From contig CAYVBK010000012.1 of assembly GCA_964449465.1 (NCBI GenBank), forward strand, positions 26,552-90,551: DNA of 64,000 nucleotides, read 5' to 3'. The notes under the pieces were generated by a model that was not told where the DNA came from, did not search any database, and worked only from the letters and a program-made list of their open reading frames with translations. Below are positions 1-9,205 of this stretch, one piece after another (within the stretch, counting starts at the first letter, position 1; every line of letters begins with the position of its first letter). The translations under genes and the position numbers were made by a program. This DNA is from an uncultured Anaerolineae bacterium. GTDB lineage: Bacteria > Chloroflexota > Anaerolineae > JAFGEY01.

Positions 1-2
1 AG

Positions 3-1364
3 CAGATATTCAGCGACGGCGGCTGGCATCGCTGGAATGACGGCTTGATCGATCAGGTCTTGCGCACGCAAAAAGAAGCCTGTCGGTCTATGCCGGAGGA
101 AAGTATTCTGGTGATGCCCCTCATCCAAGACGAGCGATCCATCGGCATAATCTGCCTGGCAGGTCCCGCCGACTCACCTTTTGATGCCAATCAGGTCGAA
201 TTTGTGCGCGGCCTGGCCGATCAAACCGTGATGGCGATGGAAAACGCCCGACTGCTCAACGCCATAGTCGAAGAACAGCGCAAAAACAGCATGATCCTCA
301 GCAGCATGGCCGATGGTGTCTATACCGTTTCCAATACCCTGCGCATCACCAGTTGGAACGAAGCCGCCGAACGCATCACAGGTTGGCATCGCTTTGAGGT
401 CATCGGTCGGCTGTGCCACGAAATCATTCCGCCGTATCCAGAACCAACCGGGTGTCGTAGCCAGGCCAGCCTGCTCCAACAAGCCATGCAGACCGACCAA
501 ACGGTGACGGTCAATCAGGGCGATTTGACCATTGCTCATCGCGACGGACATCCGATTATGGTCTCATGCAGCATTGCCCCGCTCAAAGACCATGCCGACC
601 ACATGATAGGCGGCGTGGTGGTGTTCAGAGATGTATCGGCCGAGCGCGACTTGCAACGCGCCAAAAGCGAACTGATCGCCATGATTTCACACCAACTGCG
701 CACCCCGCTGGCACACATTCAACTGTCGGCCGATCTGCTGCAAACGTTCGATCTCGACGCCGACATGCGCCGGGTCACTACATCGGCCATCCAGGCCCAG
801 GCTAATGCCCTCTCAACCGAAGTAGAGCGGATCATTGTGGTAGCCGAACTGGCCGCCCGACGCGTGAGCATCTCCAAACAGCCCTTGATGCTCGATATGA
901 TCATCGAACAGGCCATCTCGTCGGTCCAGGCCACCCGCCCGGAACGGCAGTGGATCAAACAGATTCCACCTTCACTGCCAGTGGTCTATGCCGACCTGGA
1001 CAAGACATTGACCGTACTGCACAATCTGCTGGACAATGCCGTCAAATTCTCGCCTCCTCACACCCCCATTCAAATTCAAGTGACGGCACAGCCGGAACAC
1101 GCCGTGATCTCGATCATAGACCAGGGAGTGGGCATCCCGCCAGAACATCAGAGCAAGCTGTTTGAGCCGTTTTACCGCATAGACAACTCGTCCACGCAAA
1201 CGGTTTACGGCATTGGGCTGGGCCTGTACATCGCCCGCCGTTACATCGAATTGCAAGGCGGTCGAATCTGGGTGCAAAGCCAACCTGGCCAGACCACCTG
1301 CTTTAGCCTGAGCCTGCCGTGGTGGTCGCATGAGCAAGACGATTGCCCATCGCCGCTCAACTGA
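3..1364 (+). CDS. GAF-PAS sensor histidine kinase (5'-truncated by window edge)
   Basis: Frame is open from base 3, upstream of the TTG at 45. GAF end (LADQTVMAMENARL), PAS (SMADGVYTV..SWNEAAERITG), H-box SHQLRTPL, N-box NLLDNAVKFS, G1 DQGVGI, G2 GIGLGL. Confidence 0.93.
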   Translation, partial: QIFSDGGWHRWNDGLIDQVLRTQKEACRSMPEESILVMPLIQDERSIGIICLAGPADSPFDANQVEFVRGLADQTVMAMENARLLNAIVEEQRKNSMILSSMADGVYTVSNTLRITSWNEAAERITGWHRFEVIGRLCHEIIPPYPEPTGCRSQASLLQQAMQTDQTVTVNQGDLTIAHRDGHPIMVSCSIAPLKDHADHMIGGVVVFRDVSAERDLQRAKSELIAMISHQLRTPLAHIQLSADLLQTFDLDADMRRVTTSAIQAQANALSTEVERIIVVAELAARRVSISKQPLMLDMIIEQAISSVQATRPERQWIKQIPPSLPVVYADLDKTLTVLHNLLDNAVKFSPPHTPIQIQVTAQPEHAVISIIDQGVGIPPEHQSKLFEPFYRIDNSSTQTVYGIGLGLYIARRYIELQGGRIWVQSQPGQTTCFSLSLPWWSHEQDDCPSPLN

Positions 1365-1395
1365 TCGCCCCGGCACGCCGTCAGACAAACCGGAT

Positions 1396-1436
1396 TCTAA
1401 TACAAATCTAATACTTTTCTAATGCCGGTCTAATGC
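1396..1436 (+). promoter_or_regulatory. Four phased direct repeats TCTAAT(A/G)C with exact 11-bp period; putative response-regulator binding array
   Basis: TCTAATAC at 1396 and 1407, TCTAATGC at 1418 and 1429. A candidate -10 TATGAT follows at 1445-1450. Confidence 0.7.
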
Positions 1437-1468
1437 AAAGCATGTATGATACAAATACATGCTTTTTT
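1437..1468 (+). terminator. Hairpin plus T-run; terminator of the kinase gene and/or operator
   Basis: AAAGCATGTAT (1437-1447) and ATACATGCTTT (1455-1465) form a perfect 11-bp inverted repeat that runs into a T tract. Confidence 0.6.
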
Positions 1469-1546
1469 GCTTTTGCCAGACGCCTTATCCCCTGGTTGAG
1501 CAGCCCCAAAAACCAAATCCTGATTTTATAAAGGAGAGAAGAATCT

Positions 1547-4450
1547 ATGGATCGTTCAGTCTTTCAAAACTATGTCCACCTGGTCGTAGAGCGACATGGC
1601 GCGCCTGCCCCGTCCGAGTTGCCGCGAGTCCAACGCGGGCCCGCTTTTGCCCAAAATGAATGGCGGCGCGAAAATGAAGCACTCACCCTGGCGCGCGGCC
1701 GTGTGGACGAAGAGCGGATTCTCGGTCACCTGAGTGTCATGTCGCAGATCGAGTTGATCTCTGGTTTGCCGCTGGGGGTGGCTCAACCACTCGACGAGGT
1801 CATCCAGATCGAGCCCAAACTGGTTCTACTCGGCGCTGGCGGCGCCGGCAAGACGGCTGCCCTGCGCGCCTTGCTCACGCATACCGCCGCCCAGGGCGAA
1901 TTGGTGGCGTGGATTTCGCTGCCCGATTTGATGGACAGTGTCGAATCGCTGCCCGAATACCTGTCCCAAGACGCCCAACGTCGGCTGTCTATCGAAATGC
2001 CCGCCGACGTATTTGCGCAAGCCCTGGTGAACGGCCACAGCCTGGTGTGCCTGGATGGGCTGGATGGTGTGGTCGGGCAGGCCGCGCGCTCCCAGGCGGT
2101 GCAACTCGTGCAAAAATGGGCCGAGCGATTCCCGCGCTGCCGCTTTGTGGTTGCGTGCCGCACTGATGGCGAGCAGCCCGACCTGGGTTCTCAGTTCGCC
2201 CGCTATTTTTTGACCGCGCCCCAGCATGCCGGCGACACCCTGCGCCAGGCCTGGAACGAATCGCTGGACAACTGGACGGCGGAACCCCGTCAGGCCAAAA
2301 ATTGCTACTATGCCTCCCGCCATCGCCTGTGGGCTATGCTGGCCCTGGCTATGTTGGAGCAAAACATCGCCGCCGCAACAACCGAGCAGGCCCAAGACTG
2401 GCTGGCCGCGGCCGCCGAGCGCGACAAGTCGCTCAAGCTCAACAAACGACAGGCGCATCACGAGGCCGAATTGCTCTTGAAAGAAAGCCCGGCACATCTC
2501 AAACTGCTGGCTCTGAGCAAAGACCTGATTTCATTCGAGCCGCGCCTGACTCGCGAGGTGCTGGCGGCCCAGGCCCTGGTGACGCGTGGCATCGAAAACG
2601 GCGTCGAAGCCATCTGGACGCGCCTCGCTTCACACCTGTGGGATGTCAACTGGCGCGAAACGCTGGCCCTGACCTTTCGATTCCTGGCCCAAGAGCAGCC
2701 GGCGCTGTGGAACGAACTGATCGCCCGCATCCTCACCCTGGCCGATCAAGACCCCCTCGAACTCAAACACCATCGCCATACCTTGCTGGCCGCCTCGCTG
2801 CTGGCCAGCAGCCCGGCATCGCCCGAATTGGAACAGACGCCCATCCTGGATCGGCTGATGGCCTGGTTGCACGACGCCACCGCTGCCGGACACCGGGATG
2901 CCTTGAACGTGCTGGCGCAGATGGAAGCGAATCCGGCGGCCTGGTCGGCCCTGTATGCACTGGCCCAAGAATCGGGGCTGAGTGTGGGCATCCAGGGCAG
3001 CGTGGCTTTGCTGCTCGGCCAACTGGGCATGTCATCTGCCAACGAGGCCGCCGATCTGCTGATCGGCTGGGCCGACAATGCCGACCTGCCCGATCTGGTG
3101 CGTCAATCGGCCGTCTACGGGCTGAGCCTGCTGGTTGGGCGCGGCGGCCCCGCCGATGTCATCGAACCCCGCCTGGTCGAATGGACACAGCACCCCGACC
3201 TGCGCCTGTATGTGCGCATCGATGCAGTCGAGGTGTTGGGGCGTGTGATCGCGCAGACACGCACTCCAGCCGCATTGGACGTTCTGATGGCTCTGGCGCA
3301 CGGGCAAAACGCCAAAGAAAAGAGCGTGCCGTTCTCCATCCAGGATGCCGCCGCCCGCGCCCTGCTGCAAGTTTGGGCCGCCACGCCAGATGAGGCGATG
3401 GATCAAGCCTTGTGGACGATGGCCCAAGACGAGCAGGTGCACGACAGCGTGCGCGTCTTGCTGGCCGAACCGCTGGGCCGCGCCGGTCACGCGGCCGAGA
3501 CGGCGCAAATCCTGTTGCGTCTGGGTCGCCAGGCCAGCACATTTGTGGGGCAGCAAGAATCTTTGCAGGCGTTGGCTCGGGTCGGTTATGCGGATCAGGA
3601 CATTTTGGACGGCCTCAAGGCAATGGCGCAAACCTCCGACCGCAGCATCAAGGATTTTGTGCGCCTGACCGCCGCTCATACACTGGGCCTGCTGGGCGAA
3701 CGCGACCTCTCGACCCAATATATCCTGCGTATATTGGCCGACAAGAGCATCTATCGCTCCACCCGCCTGGATGCCTTCAAGATCATCCATCAGATGGGAT
3801 GGACCGGCATCGCCGACCTGGATCAGGCCATGATCACGGTGCTGCGTGTATGGGCGCGCGAAGAAAACACCACCGAAGATGTGCGCGAGCAGGCGATGGA
3901 AATTTTGTCCTCGTTTGGGGTGGATCAAGAAGCCTTTGTGCAAGACCTGATCGCCAACCTGCAAAACAAGCGCGAATATACCCGTGTGCGTCGCGTGGCC
4001 GCCAAAGCATTGGGTGTTTTACCTGCCACATGGCAGCCGCAGGCCCGCGAAGCCCTGAACACCGAACTGTACGATCAGCAAGAAGGCAACGACAATCTGC
4101 GGGTGATGGTATCGCGCTCGCTGCTGCGTTTTGGCCCTGATGAAGTGGTCATCAAGTACCTTCAAGAAGCCACCGTCCAGTCGTACCTGGCCCTGGTACG
4201 CTATGAATCGTCACTCTACCTGGGCGAATACGGCCTGGTCGAGCCGGCCATTCCGGCCCTGATCGCCCTGATCCAGGACCCGCAAATCGTTGACACCATC
4301 CGTCAGGGTGCTCTGTATGCCCTAAGTCTGTGGGGCGGCGGTCGCCAGGAGGTAATTGACGCCGTCGCCGGAGTGTTCGATCAGCCTACCCTGGAGCCCA
4401 ACGTGCGTCACCAGGCCTATCAATGCCTCAAAACCGTTCTGTCTGCCTGA
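1547..4450 (+). CDS. NACHT-like (STAND) NTPase with long C-terminal HEAT-repeat region
   Basis: SD AAGGAG before the ATG. Walker A LVLLGAGGAGKT, Walker B region LVCLDGLDG, FVVACR strand, then many helical repeats (e.g. VRQSAVYGLSLL, VRIDAVEVLGRV, VRRVAAKALGVL). Confidence 0.78.
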   Translation: MDRSVFQNYVHLVVERHGAPAPSELPRVQRGPAFAQNEWRRENEALTLARGRVDEERILGHLSVMSQIELISGLPLGVAQPLDEVIQIEPKLVLLGAGGAGKTAALRALLTHTAAQGELVAWISLPDLMDSVESLPEYLSQDAQRRLSIEMPADVFAQALVNGHSLVCLDGLDGVVGQAARSQAVQLVQKWAERFPRCRFVVACRTDGEQPDLGSQFARYFLTAPQHAGDTLRQAWNESLDNWTAEPRQAKNCYYASRHRLWAMLALAMLEQNIAAATTEQAQDWLAAAAERDKSLKLNKRQAHHEAELLLKESPAHLKLLALSKDLISFEPRLTREVLAAQALVTRGIENGVEAIWTRLASHLWDVNWRETLALTFRFLAQEQPALWNELIARILTLADQDPLELKHHRHTLLAASLLASSPASPELEQTPILDRLMAWLHDATAAGHRDALNVLAQMEANPAAWSALYALAQESGLSVGIQGSVALLLGQLGMSSANEAADLLIGWADNADLPDLVRQSAVYGLSLLVGRGGPADVIEPRLVEWTQHPDLRLYVRIDAVEVLGRVIAQTRTPAALDVLMALAHGQNAKEKSVPFSIQDAAARALLQVWAATPDEAMDQALWTMAQDEQVHDSVRVLLAEPLGRAGHAAETAQILLRLGRQASTFVGQQESLQALARVGYADQDILDGLKAMAQTSDRSIKDFVRLTAAHTLGLLGERDLSTQYILRILADKSIYRSTRLDAFKIIHQMGWTGIADLDQAMITVLRVWAREENTTEDVREQAMEILSSFGVDQEAFVQDLIANLQNKREYTRVRRVAAKALGVLPATWQPQAREALNTELYDQQEGNDNLRVMVSRSLLRFGPDEVVIKYLQEATVQSYLALVRYESSLYLGEYGLVEPAIPALIALIQDPQIVDTIRQGALYALSLWGGGRQEVIDAVAGVFDQPTLEPNVRHQAYQCLKTVLSA

Positions 4451-4472
4451 TCGGTGCGATGAAAGCCGTGCG

Positions 4473-6641
4473 ATGGGCAACATCCTGATCGTGGTCGAGT
4501 CCCCGGCCAAAGCTAAAACCATCGCCGGTATGGGCGGTTGGCCGGTCGGTTCACCAGGTGAACCGACCGGTCGGCCGCGCCTGGTCGCCTCGATGGGCCA
4601 CGTGCGCGACCTGCCGCACAAGAGCATCGGCATAGACGTTCAAGACGGATTTCGCCCACACTATGTTACCGCGCCGGGCAAACAAAAGACCATCCACAAA
4701 CTTCAAGAGGCTGCTCAGGGCGTCCAGGCCGTCTACCTGGCCACCGATCCGGATCGCGAGGGCGAGGCCATCGCCTGGCACGTGCTGCAAGTGCTGCGCC
4801 AGGCCCTGCCCAAAGGAACGCCAGTTTATCGCATCACCTTTCACGAGATCACGGCGACGGCGGTCAGGCTGGCTTTTGAACACGCCGGCCCGTTGAACCT
4901 GGCTCTGGTCGAAGCGCAGCAAGCCCGACGCATCCTGGATCGGCTGGTGGGCTATTACATCAGCCCGTTGCTGTGGAAGCACGTGCGCGGCGGGCGCGGC
5001 CTGTCAGCGGGGCGGGTGCAGACGGTGGCCCTGCGCCTGGTGGTAGACCGTGAGCGCGAGATTCAGGCCTTTGTGCCGGTCGAGTATTGGAGCATCGAGG
5101 CCGAATTGCAGCAACAAATGCGCAGCCCCATCAACCCGCTGGGGCTGACAGAGCCGCTCAAGCCAACGCCATTTCGCGCTCAATTGTGGCGCATTGCCGA
5201 CGCGCAGGGACAGCTTCAAGAGCCAGACCTGAAAAACCGCGCCGACGCCGATGCGGTGGTGCAGGCTCTGGACCAGGCTATGTACTGGATTGACCGGGTG
5301 GAGCAGGAACGCAAACCGCGCTACCCCCCACCGCCATTCATCACCAGCACCTTGCAACAGGCGGCCTCTCAGGTTTGTGGCTTTCCACCCAAATTGACGA
5401 TGCAGATCGCTCAACAACTCTATGAGGGAGTTCCTTTGAACGGACAGAGCGGCGCCGTAGGGCTGATCACCTATATGCGCACCGACTCGCCCCATGTCGC
5501 CCCCGAAGCGCAGACCGCCGCCCGTGAGGCCATCCTCAAGTTTTGGGGCCAAGCCTATCTGCCGGCCGCGCCGCCCACCTACACCGCCCGCGTCAAATCG
5601 GCCCAAGAAGCGCACGAGGCCATCCGTCCCACCGACCCGCACCGCACCCCCAAACAGGTCAAACCCGACCTGGACGACAGGCAATACAAACTGTACGAGC
5701 TGATTTGGCGGCGATTCATTGCCAGCCAGATGAAACCGGCTCTGTACGACCTGACCACCGCCTATATCCCCACAGCACCGGCGGCGCCGCCTGCCCCCGA
5801 CGCCCGTTTACATCCCAACCGCCTGCCCTTTGTGTTTCGCGCCCAGGGGCGTGTGTGCGCCTTTGACGGTTTTCTAAAGGTATACAAAGAATTGGGTGAG
5901 GCCGGCGACGCAGCCGAAGCAGAAACCCGCCTGCCACCGCTCACGCCCGGCGAGTGGCTGGAATTGCTCCGATTGATTCCCGAACAGCATTGGACCCGCC
6001 CGCCGTCACGCTATACCGAGTCATCGCTGATCAAGGAACTGGAGCGACGCGGCATCGGGCGGCCTTCCACCTTTGCCAGCATGGTGGCAATCATCCAGGA
6101 GCGCGATTATGTGCGTCGCCAACTCAAATTCCTCGTCCCCACCGAACTGGGCATGGCCGTCTGCGACATGCTGGTGGCCGCCTTTGCCAACCTGTTCGAC
6201 TATGACTTTACGGCGCGCATGGAAGATCAACTGGACGAGATTGCCAACGGCCCTGTCCAGACGGCGCAGCAGCAACGGTTGGACATGCTGGCGCGGTTTT
6301 GGGCCGAATTATCGCCGGCGGTAGAGCGGGCGCAGGCCGATATGCCCCAGGTGCGCATCGAGCCGGACAAGCCGCAGCCCACCGGTCAGACCTGCCCCCA
6401 ATGTGGCAGCGAACTGGTTCGGCGCAGAGGCAAACACGGCTATTTTGTCGGCTGCACCAGCTATCCTCAATGCAAGTATATCCAGAAAAAGACAGAGAAA
6501 TCGGCGCAGCCTTCCGGTCGCGCCTGCCCGCTGTGCAGCGGCGAGTTGGTGCTACGGCGCAGCAAACGAGGGCCATTTCTGGGATGCAGCCACTATCCCA
6601 CTTGCAAACACACCGAGCCGCTCGATCAAAAACCTGCCTGA
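4473..6641 (+). CDS. topA: DNA topoisomerase I (type IA)
   Basis: True start is ATG 4473 (MGNILIVVESPAKAKT). Toprim ATDPDREGE, LSAGRVQ, catalytic GLITYMRTDS, AQEAHEAIRPT, GIGRPST and two C-terminal C4 zinc ribbons. Confidence 0.97.
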   Translation: MGNILIVVESPAKAKTIAGMGGWPVGSPGEPTGRPRLVASMGHVRDLPHKSIGIDVQDGFRPHYVTAPGKQKTIHKLQEAAQGVQAVYLATDPDREGEAIAWHVLQVLRQALPKGTPVYRITFHEITATAVRLAFEHAGPLNLALVEAQQARRILDRLVGYYISPLLWKHVRGGRGLSAGRVQTVALRLVVDREREIQAFVPVEYWSIEAELQQQMRSPINPLGLTEPLKPTPFRAQLWRIADAQGQLQEPDLKNRADADAVVQALDQAMYWIDRVEQERKPRYPPPPFITSTLQQAASQVCGFPPKLTMQIAQQLYEGVPLNGQSGAVGLITYMRTDSPHVAPEAQTAAREAILKFWGQAYLPAAPPTYTARVKSAQEAHEAIRPTDPHRTPKQVKPDLDDRQYKLYELIWRRFIASQMKPALYDLTTAYIPTAPAAPPAPDARLHPNRLPFVFRAQGRVCAFDGFLKVYKELGEAGDAAEAETRLPPLTPGEWLELLRLIPEQHWTRPPSRYTESSLIKELERRGIGRPSTFASMVAIIQERDYVRRQLKFLVPTELGMAVCDMLVAAFANLFDYDFTARMEDQLDEIANGPVQTAQQQRLDMLARFWAELSPAVERAQADMPQVRIEPDKPQPTGQTCPQCGSELVRRRGKHGYFVGCTSYPQCKYIQKKTEKSAQPSGRACPLCSGELVLRRSKRGPFLGCSHYPTCKHTEPLDQKPA
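4534..4578 (+). repeat. 45-nt palindromic element in frame inside topA
   Basis: CCGGTCGGTTCACC-A-GGTGAACCGACCGG (4542-4570) is a perfect 14-bp inverted repeat. It extends to 22 bp with three G-U pairs. Confidence 0.9.
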
Positions 6642-8881
6642 TCCGGCGACGATGACAACAGCCGCATGCCGTTCAACGTCACCAACACCGAAGCTCCCGT
6701 ATCGGCCAGCACAGCCATCCACAAGGTGGCCCAGCCGCCCAACGCCAGCAGCACAAAAACTGCTTTGACAGCCAGACTAAAAGCGATGTTTTGTTGAATC
6801 ACCTGCCGGGCGCGGCGACTGGTGCGCACAGCATCGGCCAGGTGATTCAGATCGTCTTGCATCAAAACCACGTCGGCGGTCTCCATCGCCTGGGCTGTGC
6901 CGGCACCGCCCATAGCGATGCCCACCTGCGCCGCCGCCAGAGCCGGCGCGTCATTCACCCCATCGCCGATCATGGCCACCTCGCCCCGTTCGCGCTGCAA
7001 AGCCTGCACGGCAGACAGCTTGTCACCGGGCAGCAGGCCGGCGCGCACCTCGTCTATCGCGCCAATCTGATCGGCCACGCGCTGCGCCGCCGCTGCATGA
7101 TCGCCGGTCAGCATAACCACATGAGCACCCGGCACGGCCTGCTTGAGATGGCGCAAGGCCGCCGCGCTGGAGGAGCGCGGCGCATCGGCCAGGCCCACAA
7201 AGCCGACCAGGTGATTGTCTTTGCCGACCATGATCACCGTATAGCCGTCATCTTGGGCCGCCCACGCCTGCTGATGAAAGACGGCGCACTCGGCCTGCCG
7301 CTGATGAAACAGGGCATGGCTGCCGACAGTGATGGTGTGATCGCCCAACACCCCTTCGACCCCCTGCCCCGCCAAGGCCTGCACATCGACGGCGGCCGGG
7401 TATCGGTGCAGCACATTGCGATGAGTGGCCTGCGCCAAAATAGCCTGCGCCAGCGGATGCTCGGAGCGTCGCTCGACGGCGGCGGCCAACGCCAGCATCT
7501 CGTCGCAAGAGGCACAATCCATGGGTATATCGGGCTGATGCAGAGCCGGACACTCTAGCGAGCGGGTGATCTGCACTGTCGGCCGACCGCGCGTGAGCGT
7601 GCCGGTCTTGTCCAGGGCAAAGGTCTTGATTCGCGCCAGCGTGTCCAAAAACGCCCCGCCCTTGATCAACACCCCACGCCGGGCCAGGGCAGTCATGGCG
7701 CTGACCATCGTCACCGGCGTGCTGATCACCAGAGCGCAGGGGCAACTGATCAGCAGCAGCGACAGAGCGCGATAGATCCAGCCGCGCTCACCACCCACAT
7801 CGAACCAGGGCGCACCCCACAGCAGCGGCGGAAGGCAGGCCACCAGAATCGCCGTCAAGACGGCCGCCGGCGTATACCAACGCGCAAAGCGGTCTATGAA
7901 CCGTTCGACAGGAGCGCGCTGTGCCTGCGCCTGCTCGACCAGACGCACAATGCGACCGATGATCGAATCTCCGGCCGGGCGGGTAGCCTGCACCTGAATG
8001 GCTGCCTGGCCGTTGATCGTGCCGCCAAACACCTCATCGCCGACAGTGCGCGACACCGGCATACTTTCGCCCGTCACCGGGGCCTGGTTGATCAGCGACA
8101 CGCCGGCCACGATGCGCCCGTCTACCGGAATGTTTTCGCCGGGGCGCACCAACACCGTTTCCCCCACCTGCACCTGCTCCACATCCACAACCTGCTCGTG
8201 CGGCGGACAAAAAGGACAGGGCCCGCCGGTATAACCATCTCGCCCCAAATGCCCGGCGCAATCCATGCACGGACGCAGCACCGTCGCTCGGTTGGGGCGC
8301 CAAGATAGCAGACTGCGCAGCGAATCGCGCGCCCGCTCGCCGGTATATCGCTCAATGGCCTGAGCGACGGCAAATAGCAGCATCGAACTAGCCGCTTCGC
8401 CGGCTTCGCCGATCCACACCGCTCCCAATGCGGCCAGGGTCATCAGCAACTCGATGGTCACCTGCCGCCCTTTGATCAGAGAACGCGCCCCGCGCCAGGC
8501 CACCGGATAGCCGGCCAGGATCATGGCCCCAATCTGCGCGCCCGGAACAGCCCAGAACGGAACAGACGGCAGAACCGTCAGGATCAGGCTGAGACCGAAC
8601 AAGGCCGCACCGCACCGGGCCAGCGCGACAGCCGGCTCAACTCGCCGCGAACGCACCATCAGGCCGGCATCATCCCGGTCGCTCTGAGCCACCTGATAGC
8701 CCAAATCGCGCACACGCTGTATCACCAACTGCTCATCGGCCGCGCCGACCGCTTCCAGCACGGCGGTGGTAAAATTGACCTGGACGCGCTCGATGCCCGG
8801 CAATTGGGCCACGCTGCGCTCGATGGTCAGAGCGCAGTTGGCGCAGTCCATCCCTTGAATTTTCAAATGAACGGTTTTCAT
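6626..8881 (-). CDS. zntA: Heavy-metal-translocating P1B-type ATPase, Zn/Cd/Pb (P1B-2) type
   Basis: N-terminal GMDCANC, TGES, SCPC, DKTGTLT, SEHPLA, GDGVND, plus Lys in TM7 and LADTG in TM8. Confidence 0.92.
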   Translation of the reverse strand: MKTVHLKIQGMDCANCALTIERSVAQLPGIERVQVNFTTAVLEAVGAADEQLVIQRVRDLGYQVAQSDRDDAGLMVRSRRVEPAVALARCGAALFGLSLILTVLPSVPFWAVPGAQIGAMILAGYPVAWRGARSLIKGRQVTIELLMTLAALGAVWIGEAGEAASSMLLFAVAQAIERYTGERARDSLRSLLSWRPNRATVLRPCMDCAGHLGRDGYTGGPCPFCPPHEQVVDVEQVQVGETVLVRPGENIPVDGRIVAGVSLINQAPVTGESMPVSRTVGDEVFGGTINGQAAIQVQATRPAGDSIIGRIVRLVEQAQAQRAPVERFIDRFARWYTPAAVLTAILVACLPPLLWGAPWFDVGGERGWIYRALSLLLISCPCALVISTPVTMVSAMTALARRGVLIKGGAFLDTLARIKTFALDKTGTLTRGRPTVQITRSLECPALHQPDIPMDCASCDEMLALAAAVERRSEHPLAQAILAQATHRNVLHRYPAAVDVQALAGQGVEGVLGDHTITVGSHALFHQRQAECAVFHQQAWAAQDDGYTVIMVGKDNHLVGFVGLADAPRSSSAAALRHLKQAVPGAHVVMLTGDHAAAAQRVADQIGAIDEVRAGLLPGDKLSAVQALQRERGEVAMIGDGVNDAPALAAAQVGIAMGGAGTAQAMETADVVLMQDDLNHLADAVRTSRRARQVIQQNIAFSLAVKAVFVLLALGGWATLWMAVLADTGASVLVTLNGMRLLSSSPDQAGF

Positions 8882-8949
8882 TGGTTTTCCTCAATCCACT
8901 GGATGCCTGCTACCCGATCACACGCAGGCACTGGCTGATATTGGACACC

Positions 8950-8981
8950 ATGATACACCTTCAAGTGGGGTTCAAAGTCAA
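8950..8981 (-). promoter_or_regulatory. MerR-family-type promoter and operator of the P1B ATPase
   Basis: Minus strand TTGACT-N20-TATCAT with an imperfect dyad ACCTTCAA-N6-TTCAAAGT (8957-8978, 6/8 symmetric) across the long spacer. Confidence 0.72.
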
Positions 8982-9205
8982 GTGCCGGTTTTCCAGACTT
9001 GCCCGGAATTGACTTGTCAGGTAAAATGACATAGCTCGAAAAGCAGTTTTTATACGCGATGCTCGCACATCACCCGGCATGAAAACGTTGGGTGAGGAGT
9101 TTGGCACGCCCTCGTGCCAAATTTGCATTATTCTACGATAACGACGTTCTCTCAAGATATTGAGCAGGTCGTACTTGGCCTGATACCCTTCTGAAAGCAA
9201 TTTCA

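Noticed and set aside
688-711. H-box SHQLRTP (Gln instead of Glu after the His) as a kinase-dead signal
   Set aside because: This variant is common in HisKA kinases, so it is not distinctive on its own.
4356-4472. ORF-track N-terminal extensions (topA from 4356; likewise argD 37152, nitroreductase 46334, GH38 24129, kinase 57850, GATase 58577, Hfq-like 18966)
   Set aside because: They overlap neighbouring genes or repeats. Downstream starts have SD sequences and/or match family N termini, such as MCG for the Ntn enzyme.
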